IMG/VR virus record: IMGVR_UViG_3300023199_000204
Span: 62,001-126,000 of that record
Reading direction: 5' to 3' (one strand)
Length of the DNA: 64,000 nt
Part shown: in pieces, positions 12,101 to 20,961 of the stretch
Layout of the letters: each line of letters begins with the position of its first letter
How positions within the stretch are numbered: position 1 is the first letter of the stretch
The notes under the pieces: model-generated
What the model was told of the DNA's origin: nothing
Database searches by the model: none
What the model saw: only the letters and a program-made list of their open reading frames with translations
Translations under genes and position numbers: made by a program

Positions 12101-15100
12101 TATTGAGCAATTAGCAGAAGCTTTTACTCAAATAATTCCTAACATTACTGAAGAATTTTATCAAGAGCTGATATTAGGAAGAGATAAGCTATATCTGTCT
12201 GAAATGAAGTTAGAGGCAAATAGTGATGATGAGCTACCTACATTCTCTCCAGGGAAATTTGGTAATGGATTATTGCTTGACAAATCTGGACAAACAGCTT
12301 CACTTCCAGCCAACTCGAATATAAGCTTAAGAGAAGGTACTTGGGAGGCATTTGTAACAAATAATTGGGATGGTATTGAAAATGATGCTACATTGACATT
12401 TAATCCACTATTTGAAGGTTATGGAGATACTAGCAAAGTATTTATTGGATCTAATAGTTTAAACCCTACCGAAATACCTTTTACATTAAATAAAGACGAC
12501 GTAAGTTCTTTAGGTAGGCCAAATCTTCTACATCAAGAAATAGGCCATTTTATTTGGTATGATACTAGTTCAAAAAAATGGAGAGTTAGGGTAAGGGCTC
12601 CAATTTCAGAGGAGAGATTATTTTCTGGAACAATTGGGACTAGTGGTGAGTTTAACAATGTTAAGATAGCAACAACTGCTGATGGATATGATGGGTATGA
12701 GGGATATGAGGTAAATGAAATAAATGATGTAATTAGATCAACAGATGCGTCAGTCAAATATGCTTTTATTGTTGATTCATATGATTCCATAAATATGGCA
12801 TTTGACAGCTATGATTCATATTCTGGCGGTGGCCTTGCTGGATTTGATGGCATCGATTTTACGTCAGATAATTTACATTACTTGCTTGATGTTGCTGACA
12901 ATCCAACTAAAAATAGATTGAGCTTGTATAAGGATGGAAGGGGATTTTTAAGATTTAGAGTATATGATAACAATAGCAGAATAAAACAAGTAAGTTATAA
13001 TGTAAATTCTTGGGAAAAATCAGATACTCATCACGTTGGAATTTCTTGGAAAATGAACACTTCGGAAATGCAGGATGAAATTCATCTTTTTGTTGATGGA
13101 GAAGAGGCTCCAAATACATATAAGTATGGAGGATATTTAACTCCAGACGACGGCACAAATTTTATGGACCCTGCTTCTGAAATTTTAGCTTCTTCTACTA
13201 CTGTCCCTACAATAGGTGGATTTGATTTACAAACAACTCTGGGCTCAAGTGTTGTTTCATCTAATAGTTCAATATTTACTTCTGAATTAATAGGAGCTAG
13301 ATTCTTAATTTTAGATGATACGGATGATGGAGACGCTACCCAGGAATCTCCTTATGTATTCATTAAAAATGTTTTATCTCCAACTGAATTATCATTAGAG
13401 ATTGGACCAGTGGGGTCTGCTATTGACTATAATGCTCAAGCAACTCTATCTAATGTTAAATTTTCAGCAAATCCTCTTGATGTTGAAATGAGATTAGACC
13501 CATCAGTTGAGTTAATAAAACTTTTTTCAATAGATTCGTATGGGGAAGAGACAGAGCTATATTCACAAAACACAAATACTCCAGATTATGAATTTTATGA
13601 AGACGGGTATAAAGAAAAAGTTAATGTTTATGATGGCGTGGGAATTAATGACCAATTAATATTGAGATCTTACGGTTTATCTTCAGCTAGAGTTAGGCAG
13701 CAAGCATATATATGGGCAGACAAAACAACAAATATTTTAAGAACTATAGTTCCTAGCCCTACTTCAGTTGATAAGGTTTTCATAACTTCTATAATTTCAC
13801 AACCTACTCAAATTAGTGTAGGAGATTTTGCCCTAGTGGCAATGGTTGTTGGTGTAGATATAGTTCCAGTTTTAGTGGGCAGTGTAGATTTTTGCCAACC
13901 ATCTAACGAAACAACTGGAAGAACTTTAAAGGCAATGATATCAGGAAGTAATTTTGATTTTAATGGAGTAAATCAGGTTTCGATTATTGGAAATACAACT
14001 GATGGGTATGGGTCAGAGACTTTAGTTTTTAATGAAGTTGGTTCTTTAGTTACTTCTAGATTCTTTACAACAATAACTGATATAATTGTAAGCCTGACCC
14101 CTTCAGACCCAACTGAATCTGTTGGTTCTGTAGAGATAAGGGAGGCTCTTCCATTAACAATTTCTGAAAATGGGGGCGATGCCGCAGAAGTTCATTTGTC
14201 AGTACAACAGCAATACGGATTAGATGGATATACTACAATAGGAACAGGAAGATTAACTGACGGATATTCTAGATTTGGAGAAGAAGATATTGGGAAAACA
14301 ATTAATATTGTTTCTCCGGCGAGCATTGCTGGTCCATACTATATAGATGATGTTTTATTAGATCCATCTGGTGTTGTCAAAGATTCAAATACAGTTGTCT
14401 TAGACACTACTTGGTCAGACGCTTATACTAGTGTTGAATGGAATATGATTTCAACAAGCTATGGAGACAGTGGCTTTGCTAATGGATTAATAACTTTGGA
14501 AACAGCTGACAGTGGAGGAGATCCATTTTTGTTACGAAGTTGCTGGTATGAAGTTGATTTCCCTACATATTTAACTATTCCGTGGAATACTACACCAGAC
14601 AGGTTGTATGTTGGTTCAGATTATTTAGGAGAAAATCAAGCTAAAGCTGTTATTGATGAAATGAGAATTTTAAATGAGCTATCTTTAAGTACTGGTAGAG
14701 GAGAATCTGCTCCAAGCTCTGGAAGGTCTATTACAACTGATGCTCAAGTTGTTCAAGAATATACAGAGTCTATTAACACTCTAGGCTTATTTCACTTCAA
14801 TGATTCTGTTGAAAATTCTGCTAATTTTTATTCCAAATATGATCGCTCATTTAGACAAAGTGAAAATAGTGTTAATTTAAACTTTGGGCAGTCAATTGTA
14901 TTTAATATTAATAAACCACTAATAGTTGATAATGCTTCAATTTTTCAAAATAACGAGGGCACTATTGAATTTTGGATTAGCCCAATATTAGATACATATA
15001 ATGATCCAACTAGAAGATATTATATAGATTTAAGTCCAGAAGTTACGGCGACAGCCACTGTTATATCAAATCTTACAATTTCTTTACCAGTTAGGGCAAG

Positions 15101-15989
15101 AAGTATTAGTTCTGTAACAATTCCAAACAGTAATACTAATTATTTTATAGGAGGTGGCCTGTCAAATAATGGTCAAGCAATAACTTTAGGTCAGGCTTTG
15201 CCCTCTACATTAGTAACTGCTACAGTAACATATGTTCCTATTGCTAATCAAGGAGATAGATTTAGTATATATAAAGATGAAGTTGGTAATTTAGTATTAT
15301 ATGTTAGTGCTTCTGGAACAGATTATCAAATTAGAACTCCGATCCATTGGAAGAAAAATACTTGGCACAGAGTTTTTGCTGGTTGGAACTTAAACAATTC
15401 TGATAATCAAGACACTCTTCATTTTCTCGTTGATGGTGATGAAGGTGGAATTATTAGATATGGAACTGGACTTTTATATGGAGCGGGAAATCTATATGGT
15501 CAGCCAACTGTATGGGGTTCCGCTACTTTAGGAACAATAGCTTCGAGAAACATCCTATCTGATATTAATTTAACTGATACTTTTAACAAAATTAATATAG
15601 GGGCAGATTTTTCTGGGGACCTAACTGCTTTGGCACGAATGGATAATTTAAGAATATCGAGTGCCTTAAGAGATATAACATATCTTGGAGGGACTGGTCC
15701 TGGACAATTAATAGGTAAAGATTTACTTTATACTAGCAATGTAAATGCTGCTCTTCCAGTAGTTGAGGATGCTTTTACTAGATTATTATTAAACTTTGAT
15801 ACTACAGAGGAAGAAGTTGAATATTTAGCAAAAATTAGAAATTCTTCTAGTGGGATTTTTGATTTTTATGTAGAGGTAATAGATACTTTTGACTTAGCAG
15901 ATACTGATTTAATCCATAGCATAATAACTGCTTTATATAATAGAATAAAACCAGCTCATACAAGGGCATTTGTGAGCTTTACTGAATAG
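9153..15989 (+). CDS. Giant (2278 aa) baseplate wedge protein, P2 gpI/T4 gp7-like, with LamG/ConA-like domains
   Basis: Internal LRDNFG...LDRETYR...GPTIPSIEQL segment and C-terminal IKPAHT are typical of gpI-like wedge proteins. LamG-like motifs: EGTIEFWISP, WKKNTWHRVFAGW, HHVGISW, IDEMRI. Confidence 0.7.
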   Translation: MANNIRINGVNVKSSVKIEVTFTHGIGSISIENISIEGIGGDPNATILSIEINSNALTINTRPILPRGYYKLTLSSTSSSMIEGARGESFLVDGATNVYYFTGPEDDNPIRDNILSDVPGVYDTDPGGLLFDSIDASASEIQTSNNRTGEVRSANYVSVTVEDELKTRGAGPFDRFANEGVYEIIRVGSVETGTTDSAEISFLEFPSDPVSLQQASITDEEVSNVSNDSNSFVGLLITLANKPIIKVSSIVLTRGNTDYEYNISQYKYGILENKYDSNNSYPALDIEENQIRLSTSAVGSSFPLPQGSDVITVSYLYKKVGRDVGDDSVSVTTLTNIVRESVPAVSTSFFLQNAPIVDESNSIPTTGGVLFLDPLVNFDPDENHPSFVNEIPFSISSFPSSVGEYTVNYKTGQVIVFGSNGSGFDGTTTIPPVATYTYRQTYQSGLDYTFSASLNEVASLPGRDLRGGPGTISFEYEDAFTEGTDFSFLSHVEVIDERVENRLIETIGVKTENNFVNEVFRIYNETTGEIYFPSRVSGNEVYFSASNPPRLNNITMEAAVFTTSIQSQIIVTDTLSVTGKSFVVFRIELENTKIASATSDFIGASFNSSLILSDADTFVSERYYDSGDSLDDNLIRLQSVGDYMVDYSSGLVYVAVNSGSGTDIGDATYKYGEVSTRNNHIVRVNDLYRSAGVNTDHSKIFTIGAISDSSIGISNLNEIGERTYDGSVLIVDNNGTNDTITVDNDIFKLRSIFQVTDLQTELIPINFATRAVVSSSNPNVITLSSLGVPVEDTYLTVALSGTRKYITCDRIQSLFDSGLAQVVSATSVIDSYSMVNYFSQGSDGYISAVENRVYLPSSTGALPGDIVNVIYNAKLNAGAAVLVDYSIGDIFVDYTYTPDEILISYEYGDNVLDWSISNSVAEGEEYFVSYKYGALRNSLRDNFGILSSVSEILTIPEELDRETYRNAITGTLQSFPKGPTIPSIEQLAEAFTQIIPNITEEFYQELILGRDKLYLSEMKLEANSDDELPTFSPGKFGNGLLLDKSGQTASLPANSNISLREGTWEAFVTNNWDGIENDATLTFNPLFEGYGDTSKVFIGSNSLNPTEIPFTLNKDDVSSLGRPNLLHQEIGHFIWYDTSSKKWRVRVRAPISEERLFSGTIGTSGEFNNVKIATTADGYDGYEGYEVNEINDVIRSTDASVKYAFIVDSYDSINMAFDSYDSYSGGGLAGFDGIDFTSDNLHYLLDVADNPTKNRLSLYKDGRGFLRFRVYDNNSRIKQVSYNVNSWEKSDTHHVGISWKMNTSEMQDEIHLFVDGEEAPNTYKYGGYLTPDDGTNFMDPASEILASSTTVPTIGGFDLQTTLGSSVVSSNSSIFTSELIGARFLILDDTDDGDATQESPYVFIKNVLSPTELSLEIGPVGSAIDYNAQATLSNVKFSANPLDVEMRLDPSVELIKLFSIDSYGEETELYSQNTNTPDYEFYEDGYKEKVNVYDGVGINDQLILRSYGLSSARVRQQAYIWADKTTNILRTIVPSPTSVDKVFITSIISQPTQISVGDFALVAMVVGVDIVPVLVGSVDFCQPSNETTGRTLKAMISGSNFDFNGVNQVSIIGNTTDGYGSETLVFNEVGSLVTSRFFTTITDIIVSLTPSDPTESVGSVEIREALPLTISENGGDAAEVHLSVQQQYGLDGYTTIGTGRLTDGYSRFGEEDIGKTINIVSPASIAGPYYIDDVLLDPSGVVKDSNTVVLDTTWSDAYTSVEWNMISTSYGDSGFANGLITLETADSGGDPFLLRSCWYEVDFPTYLTIPWNTTPDRLYVGSDYLGENQAKAVIDEMRILNELSLSTGRGESAPSSGRSITTDAQVVQEYTESINTLGLFHFNDSVENSANFYSKYDRSFRQSENSVNLNFGQSIVFNINKPLIVDNASIFQNNEGTIEFWISPILDTYNDPTRRYYIDLSPEVTATATVISNLTISLPVRARSISSVTIPNSNTNYFIGGGLSNNGQAITLGQALPSTLVTATVTYVPIANQGDRFSIYKDEVGNLVLYVSASGTDYQIRTPIHWKKNTWHRVFAGWNLNNSDNQDTLHFLVDGDEGGIIRYGTGLLYGAGNLYGQPTVWGSATLGTIASRNILSDINLTDTFNKINIGADFSGDLTALARMDNLRISSALRDITYLGGTGPGQLIGKDLLYTSNVNAALPVVEDAFTRLLLNFDTTEEEVEYLAKIRNSSSGIFDFYVEVIDTFDLADTDLIHSIITALYNRIKPAHTRAFVSFTE

Positions 15990-16002
15990 GAGGAGATAGA
16001 TT

Positions 16003-18816
16003 ATGGCTACTACTAAAAGGTTGCCGGTAGGAATAGGATTCGTTAATTGGCACGATGGGCAGCGTATAATAGAAGAAGATGTTGAAGCTGATCAAAATAG
16101 AAACACCAGCATAGACGCCGCCAATGTTGCCAATTTTATGGGAAGTGGAATTTTACGTTCTGATAGTGAACCTATCGTCATATTAGATACAAATTCTTTA
16201 AACGACACTCAAGAAGCACTATTTGATAGCTATGCTTTTGATGGACAAGATGTATATATAGGCAGTGTTAATGATGTTAGTGATTCTATCAAAGGAGTTC
16301 AACTTTCTGTAACACTATCTGATGTTGATTTATCTGGTTCTGAAACCACTAGAGTTTGTATAATAGGTGATACATTTGGGGATAGTTTGATATTTGATGC
16401 TCTTACATTTGAAGAAAATGGAACTCAGGTAACTAGGGGTAGGTACAAATCTATTCGTGGAATATTGTTTCAAGACTTTTTTGGAAATTTAAGAGGAAGT
16501 AGAAGTCCTGCGGCAGACGACGGGTATAATAAAACTGGCAGGTGTATAATAAGGGAGGTTGAAGCATTAGAGTGCTCAATTGATCCAATTATTGCTTCTC
16601 AAACCAATCAACCAAATAAGTTTTTTGAAGATTTTAATCCTGCTTTAAATTCTGATACAATTACCACTATGCTAGAAACAGCTATAGGCGCAGATAAATC
16701 TATTTCTGATATGGAAATAGGAATAGAAACATTTGCTCAAAGAGAGTTGGCAGTAAATGATGTTACTAAAAAAATTGGTCAGAAATTTTTAGCTAACGGA
16801 ACAAATATTCAGAAAATTTCTGTTCTCTTATCTGTTCAGCAAGATACTGCCGCCCTGCCGGCTGATGCTTATAATTGGTCTGGAAGTATTGCTTTGACTT
16901 TACATGCCCTTCAGACAGATGTTGATTGCCCAACAGACCCTATCCCAGACAACACTGTAGCTTTTGATCCAGAGCCCGCAATAATTGGTCAAATAACACT
17001 AGATTCAGATGATATGGAAAAGCAAGGAATTGTTCTAGACGGCTACTCAAGAAAAGTAGATTTTGTATTTACTGGAACAAATCTTTCTGACCCATCTCGC
17101 ACTCCTATTGAACTAAACAGATATTATGTACTAACAATAAGTAGAACTGGAGACGCAAGTGTGGGAACTTTGCTAGTTGAAGAAGCACCACATCGTGCTG
17201 ATAATGGATATATGACTATATTTGACGGCACTAGCTGGATTAATGTAAAAACTAGTGACCTGTGGTTTAGTGTAGAGGGCGACTATATTAAAATTTCTGA
17301 TGGTGTTGCTTACGAAGATGGAGTAGGAGTTGAGGTGTTAAAAATTGCTCCTGATGCTACAAACACAGAAGCACCGTATATAGAAGGTCTTATTGAATTC
17401 TCAACTGTAACAAAAGATGCTTATAATTATACTCTATTAGAGTCTAGCACAGCATTTTCAGATCAGGTTGAAGATGAGAGAACTGGCGTTCCTGTTTATA
17501 CAAGAGCAACACCTTCTCCAGAATTTTCAATATTAACTCAATCAAATCTTAATACATTGCTTGAAACAGATTTAACTCCAGTTTTATTATGTAGGGTAAA
17601 AGACCAAAATCCTAGAGGAAATCCATTGTCATTGACTGGGACAACAAACTCCATAGGTTTGGCTTTGGACAATGAATTTAATATTCTAGAGCCCAATGCC
17701 GATTTACAACAGCATAATTTAGTTGGCTCTTTACTTTACCCTAATTCGTCTCTTTCAGCCAACTATAGAATAATAAAAACAACCTTGATAAGCGATGCTT
17801 ATGGAGACGTTAATGGAGATGGAGAAATTGATAGTGATGATTTAGCATTAGCTCTAGCTCTTGACGGATATGATATTACAGCTACGGCAACTCAACAGTT
17901 AATTGCTGGAGGATATATTGATTTATTAGAATTTTTGCGTGCCGATGTTAATGGAGATGGGGCTGTAAATAGCACGGATGTTGGACTAATTTCTGGATAT
18001 ATTGATGGAAGTGTGGCTTCGTTTCCAGCAGGCTCCACATTCTCTAGGTTAAAAATTGATATAGAAAATACTACGGACCCGTTAGTTTCAGGAGCAGATA
18101 TTGATGGATCAGATGCGTCCTTTATAACTGCTCCATTTTCTCCGGTAGACTGGTCAATTCAATATTGTGCTTCTTGGTTGCCTGATAGAGTAGTATTTGA
18201 AGATTTAAGGAGATTTTTACCAACAACGTTTACTGAAACTTTATCTACAGAGCATCCAGGAGGACAAAATAATTTCTATGTTCCAGGAGATTTAATTATA
18301 GATGGTTATCAATTAAATAGAGATGGAACATATTATTCTGTTGATTTGGAAGTTAATCACTTATCATTAGATGTTCCTGTAATGGACTCATATGGAAATC
18401 CAACTTTCATAGATGGTTATACCGGAATACTTCTTTTTGATACCTTTGTGGCTGAATCTTCAGGGGGGAAAACAGCCTCTGGATTTAATGCTATGAAATA
18501 TGCTGATGGAACTTATGTTCAAATTGCGGACTATACTTCAGAAAAAGTAAAAATAGCACCAGCTATTCAATCTACTGCTCATACATTTCCAGTAACTGCT
18601 GGTGGAAATATCGAAGACATTGTAGGTATGCATTATGATGTTTCCTCTTCACTAGTAACTCTTTATTTGAACAATTTATATGACGACGGATATGGAAATA
18701 TACTTCCTCCAGTAAATACAAAACTTTTAGTTACTGTATATTTGAAAAAGGCAGGATTTAGAAATGAGACGCAATTTATTACAAAAGATCAAATGAAAAC
18801 ACTTTTGAACATTTAA
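16003..18816 (+). CDS. Tail/baseplate-associated protein with internal dockerin-like (double EF-hand-type) domain
   Basis: AGGAGGAG RBS; 937 aa; YGDVNGDGEIDSDDL...RADVNGDGAVNSTDVGLISGYI at ~17800-18009. Confidence 0.65.
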   Translation: MATTKRLPVGIGFVNWHDGQRIIEEDVEADQNRNTSIDAANVANFMGSGILRSDSEPIVILDTNSLNDTQEALFDSYAFDGQDVYIGSVNDVSDSIKGVQLSVTLSDVDLSGSETTRVCIIGDTFGDSLIFDALTFEENGTQVTRGRYKSIRGILFQDFFGNLRGSRSPAADDGYNKTGRCIIREVEALECSIDPIIASQTNQPNKFFEDFNPALNSDTITTMLETAIGADKSISDMEIGIETFAQRELAVNDVTKKIGQKFLANGTNIQKISVLLSVQQDTAALPADAYNWSGSIALTLHALQTDVDCPTDPIPDNTVAFDPEPAIIGQITLDSDDMEKQGIVLDGYSRKVDFVFTGTNLSDPSRTPIELNRYYVLTISRTGDASVGTLLVEEAPHRADNGYMTIFDGTSWINVKTSDLWFSVEGDYIKISDGVAYEDGVGVEVLKIAPDATNTEAPYIEGLIEFSTVTKDAYNYTLLESSTAFSDQVEDERTGVPVYTRATPSPEFSILTQSNLNTLLETDLTPVLLCRVKDQNPRGNPLSLTGTTNSIGLALDNEFNILEPNADLQQHNLVGSLLYPNSSLSANYRIIKTTLISDAYGDVNGDGEIDSDDLALALALDGYDITATATQQLIAGGYIDLLEFLRADVNGDGAVNSTDVGLISGYIDGSVASFPAGSTFSRLKIDIENTTDPLVSGADIDGSDASFITAPFSPVDWSIQYCASWLPDRVVFEDLRRFLPTTFTETLSTEHPGGQNNFYVPGDLIIDGYQLNRDGTYYSVDLEVNHLSLDVPVMDSYGNPTFIDGYTGILLFDTFVAESSGGKTASGFNAMKYADGTYVQIADYTSEKVKIAPAIQSTAHTFPVTAGGNIEDIVGMHYDVSSSLVTLYLNNLYDDGYGNILPPVNTKLLVTVYLKKAGFRNETQFITKDQMKTLLNI

Positions 18817-18828
18817 TGGAGTTTAACA

Positions 18829-20184
18829 ATGCCTAACGCACAAATTAAAATTAACGGAGGGTCAGCTGGTGTTAGTGTTGATACCATTGCTCTTGGAGCA
18901 ACTGTTAATTTATCAAATGATGATAATGATGGAGCGACATCTTGGAGATGGGAATTTATTTACAAACCTCCAACATCTTCTACAACGCTAACCACACCCA
19001 CTTCATCTACTTCAACATTTGTTGCTGACGTGGAAGGTTCTTATTTAATTCAACTTAAAGTAAATACTGTGATAAGAAGCAGAGTAATTGCGGCAGTTAA
19101 AACCATTGATAATTTAAGATTTATTGCCTCAAGTGAATCAAATGAACTGGGAGGCTGGGAAGAAACAATAAATGATAATTTTAAAAATCTTGTCTTAAAA
19201 GTAGAGGCAGGAGGAATTGGTGACGCTTATGGAAAAATTCAAGTAAGCTCAAATGATACAACTTTAGGATATTTAGAAGAAAAAGTTTTAGCAGGGCTAA
19301 ATACTTCATTTGTTGAAAATAATAACGGAAGCAATGAGAACTTAACAGTATCTACTACTGAAACTATAGGATTGCCAGAACAAGTTTCTACACCAGATAA
19401 TCTAGATAACTATGGTAATCTATATAGTTTTGATGTTGATGGATATACTGAATTATATTACTTAGACAATTATGGTAATTCTATTCAATTAACAAGTAAA
19501 GGACTAGATGCTTCTTCACAAGGCTATACTTTTATCGATGATTTTTCTGATTTTTCTATTGATTCTATGTGGAATCAAGACCCCCAATCAGGAACTATAA
19601 CTGAATATGATGGATATATTAGAATAACACACCCTGCCGCTTCATCTGAATGGACAGATGTTATACAAGAGGCTCCGAATATAAATTTCGCCATCCCTTT
19701 TCCTTCAGATTACAGTACAGTTGTTTATGTTACAGTAAATAATGCTGTAAATAACCAAGGTGCTCAGATTACAAGTTATTTAGGAGGGCAAAAAGACACT
19801 TTTACTCATCTCCAGCTTAAATATGAGTCAAGTTCTTGGCAAGTTCATGCATTAGATACTCCTGCCCATGTATTTCAAACTGTTCCAGTTGGAACTGGTG
19901 GAGCCGCAACCAACCCGATTGTTGTTGGACAAAGTTCGTGTTGGCTTCTTTTTGAAAGATACGGCAATGCCTCTATGTACGCTTATTCTTTAAATAGTTT
20001 AAATAATCCTCCTGATGTAAATAGCTGGATACAATTGGCAGCGAGAGGGAGTTTTCCTTTCCAACATTATAATAACTATATATCATTAAATGTTTTTAAC
20101 TTTAGCACTCATCCTGCCTGTAGTGCTGATTTTAGAGTTTTTAGATTTCATAATATTCGTGGACAAATTCATAAGTTTAGTTAA
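18829..20184 (+). CDS. Tail fibre/receptor-binding-like protein (N-terminal PKD/Ig-like, C-terminal ConA-like beta-sandwich)
   Basis: N-terminal PKD-like pattern (WRWEFIYKPP..S......TFVADVEGSYLIQLKV); lectin-like C-terminus; paralogous to the next gene. Confidence 0.55.
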   Translation: MPNAQIKINGGSAGVSVDTIALGATVNLSNDDNDGATSWRWEFIYKPPTSSTTLTTPTSSTSTFVADVEGSYLIQLKVNTVIRSRVIAAVKTIDNLRFIASSESNELGGWEETINDNFKNLVLKVEAGGIGDAYGKIQVSSNDTTLGYLEEKVLAGLNTSFVENNNGSNENLTVSTTETIGLPEQVSTPDNLDNYGNLYSFDVDGYTELYYLDNYGNSIQLTSKGLDASSQGYTFIDDFSDFSIDSMWNQDPQSGTITEYDGYIRITHPAASSEWTDVIQEAPNINFAIPFPSDYSTVVYVTVNNAVNNQGAQITSYLGGQKDTFTHLQLKYESSSWQVHALDTPAHVFQTVPVGTGGAATNPIVVGQSSCWLLFERYGNASMYAYSLNSLNNPPDVNSWIQLAARGSFPFQHYNNYISLNVFNFSTHPACSADFRVFRFHNIRGQIHKFS

Positions 20185-20208
20185 AAATAAATATCATAGG
20201 AGAATTAA

Positions 20209-20754
20209 ATGCCATTTTCAGTAATTAAAATTAATGGAGGTGCTGATGGACAAAGTGATGACACCATTACTTTAGGCTCAACAGTTACTTTAACAAGTGG
20301 AAATGATAGTGGTGCCACTTCTTGGAAATGGGAGCTTATTTATAAGCCACCCACATCATCTGCTGTTTTAAGTGGAGCCTCTACAAATACTGCTACATTT
20401 ACAGCCGATGCAGAAGGTTCATATTTAATTCAATTAACTATAAATTCATATATAAGAAGCAGAGCAATTACTGCCGTTAAAACTATTGATGGGATAAGAT
20501 ATATTGCTTCTCAAGAAGCAGCAGAACTTGGTGGCTGGGAAGAAACAATAAATGATAATATTGATCTTTTAATTAATAAAATAGATGATGGGTATTTGGA
20601 TAATATAAAGCTAGCTGAACAGGTAAGTGCGCCAGATGCTATAGATGATTATGGGATATTATATAGTTTTGATATTGATGGTTATTCTGAACTACATTAT
20701 GTTGATAATTTTGGAAATTTAATCCAGTTGACAAGTAAAGGCTCAGCGGCTTAA
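20209..20754 (+). CDS. Short paralogue of the preceding fibre protein lacking the C-terminal domain
   Basis: Shares the N-terminal ~120 aa and the EQVS.PD..D.YG.LYSFD.DGY.EL.Y.DN.GN.IQLTSKG block with 18829..20184, then stops. Confidence 0.7.
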   Translation: MPFSVIKINGGADGQSDDTITLGSTVTLTSGNDSGATSWKWELIYKPPTSSAVLSGASTNTATFTADAEGSYLIQLTINSYIRSRAITAVKTIDGIRYIASQEAAELGGWEETINDNIDLLINKIDDGYLDNIKLAEQVSAPDAIDDYGILYSFDIDGYSELHYVDNFGNLIQLTSKGSAA

Positions 20755-20774
20755 AATAATAGATTTTATTTTAT

Positions 20775-20810
20775 AAAGGGAAGTATAGAAATATGCTTCC
20801 CTTTTTCTTT
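20775..20810 (+). terminator. Intrinsic terminator closing the structural operon
   Basis: AAAGGGAAGTATA-GAAA-TATGCTTCCCTTT: 13-bp stem with one G-U pair and a GNRA loop, followed by TTCTTT. Confidence 0.85.
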
Positions 20811-20854
20811 CGAAAATCTATCAATATTAAATTAGTCTCTGAATTTTTATATCA

Positions 20855-20877
20855 TTTTCTATCAATATTCGTATATT
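20855..20877 (+). promoter_or_regulatory. Putative phage-specific promoter motif, copy 1 (TTTTCTATCAATATTCGTATATT)
   Basis: 19/23 identical to intergenic 41252..41274; partial copy TCTATCAATATT at 20817..20828. Confidence 0.5.
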
Positions 20878-20908
20878 TATACGTATATGTATATACATGT
20901 ACATACAT
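20878..20908. repeat. 31-nt strictly alternating pyrimidine/purine tract made of nested palindromes
   Basis: TATACGTATATGTATATACATGTACATACAT contains TATACGTATA, TGTATATACA and ATGTACAT. Confidence 0.8.
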
Positions 20909-20961
20909 CTTGCCGATATAATTCAAGTATTGAAGTCGGTTAAAAACTGAAAGGAGTAATA

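Noticed and set aside
1-20754. Extracellular contractile injection system or tailocin
   Set aside because: The very large wedge proteins and the linked DnaB/DnaC/SF2 helicase/tubulin module fit a replicating large phage better; not formally excluded without capsid genes.
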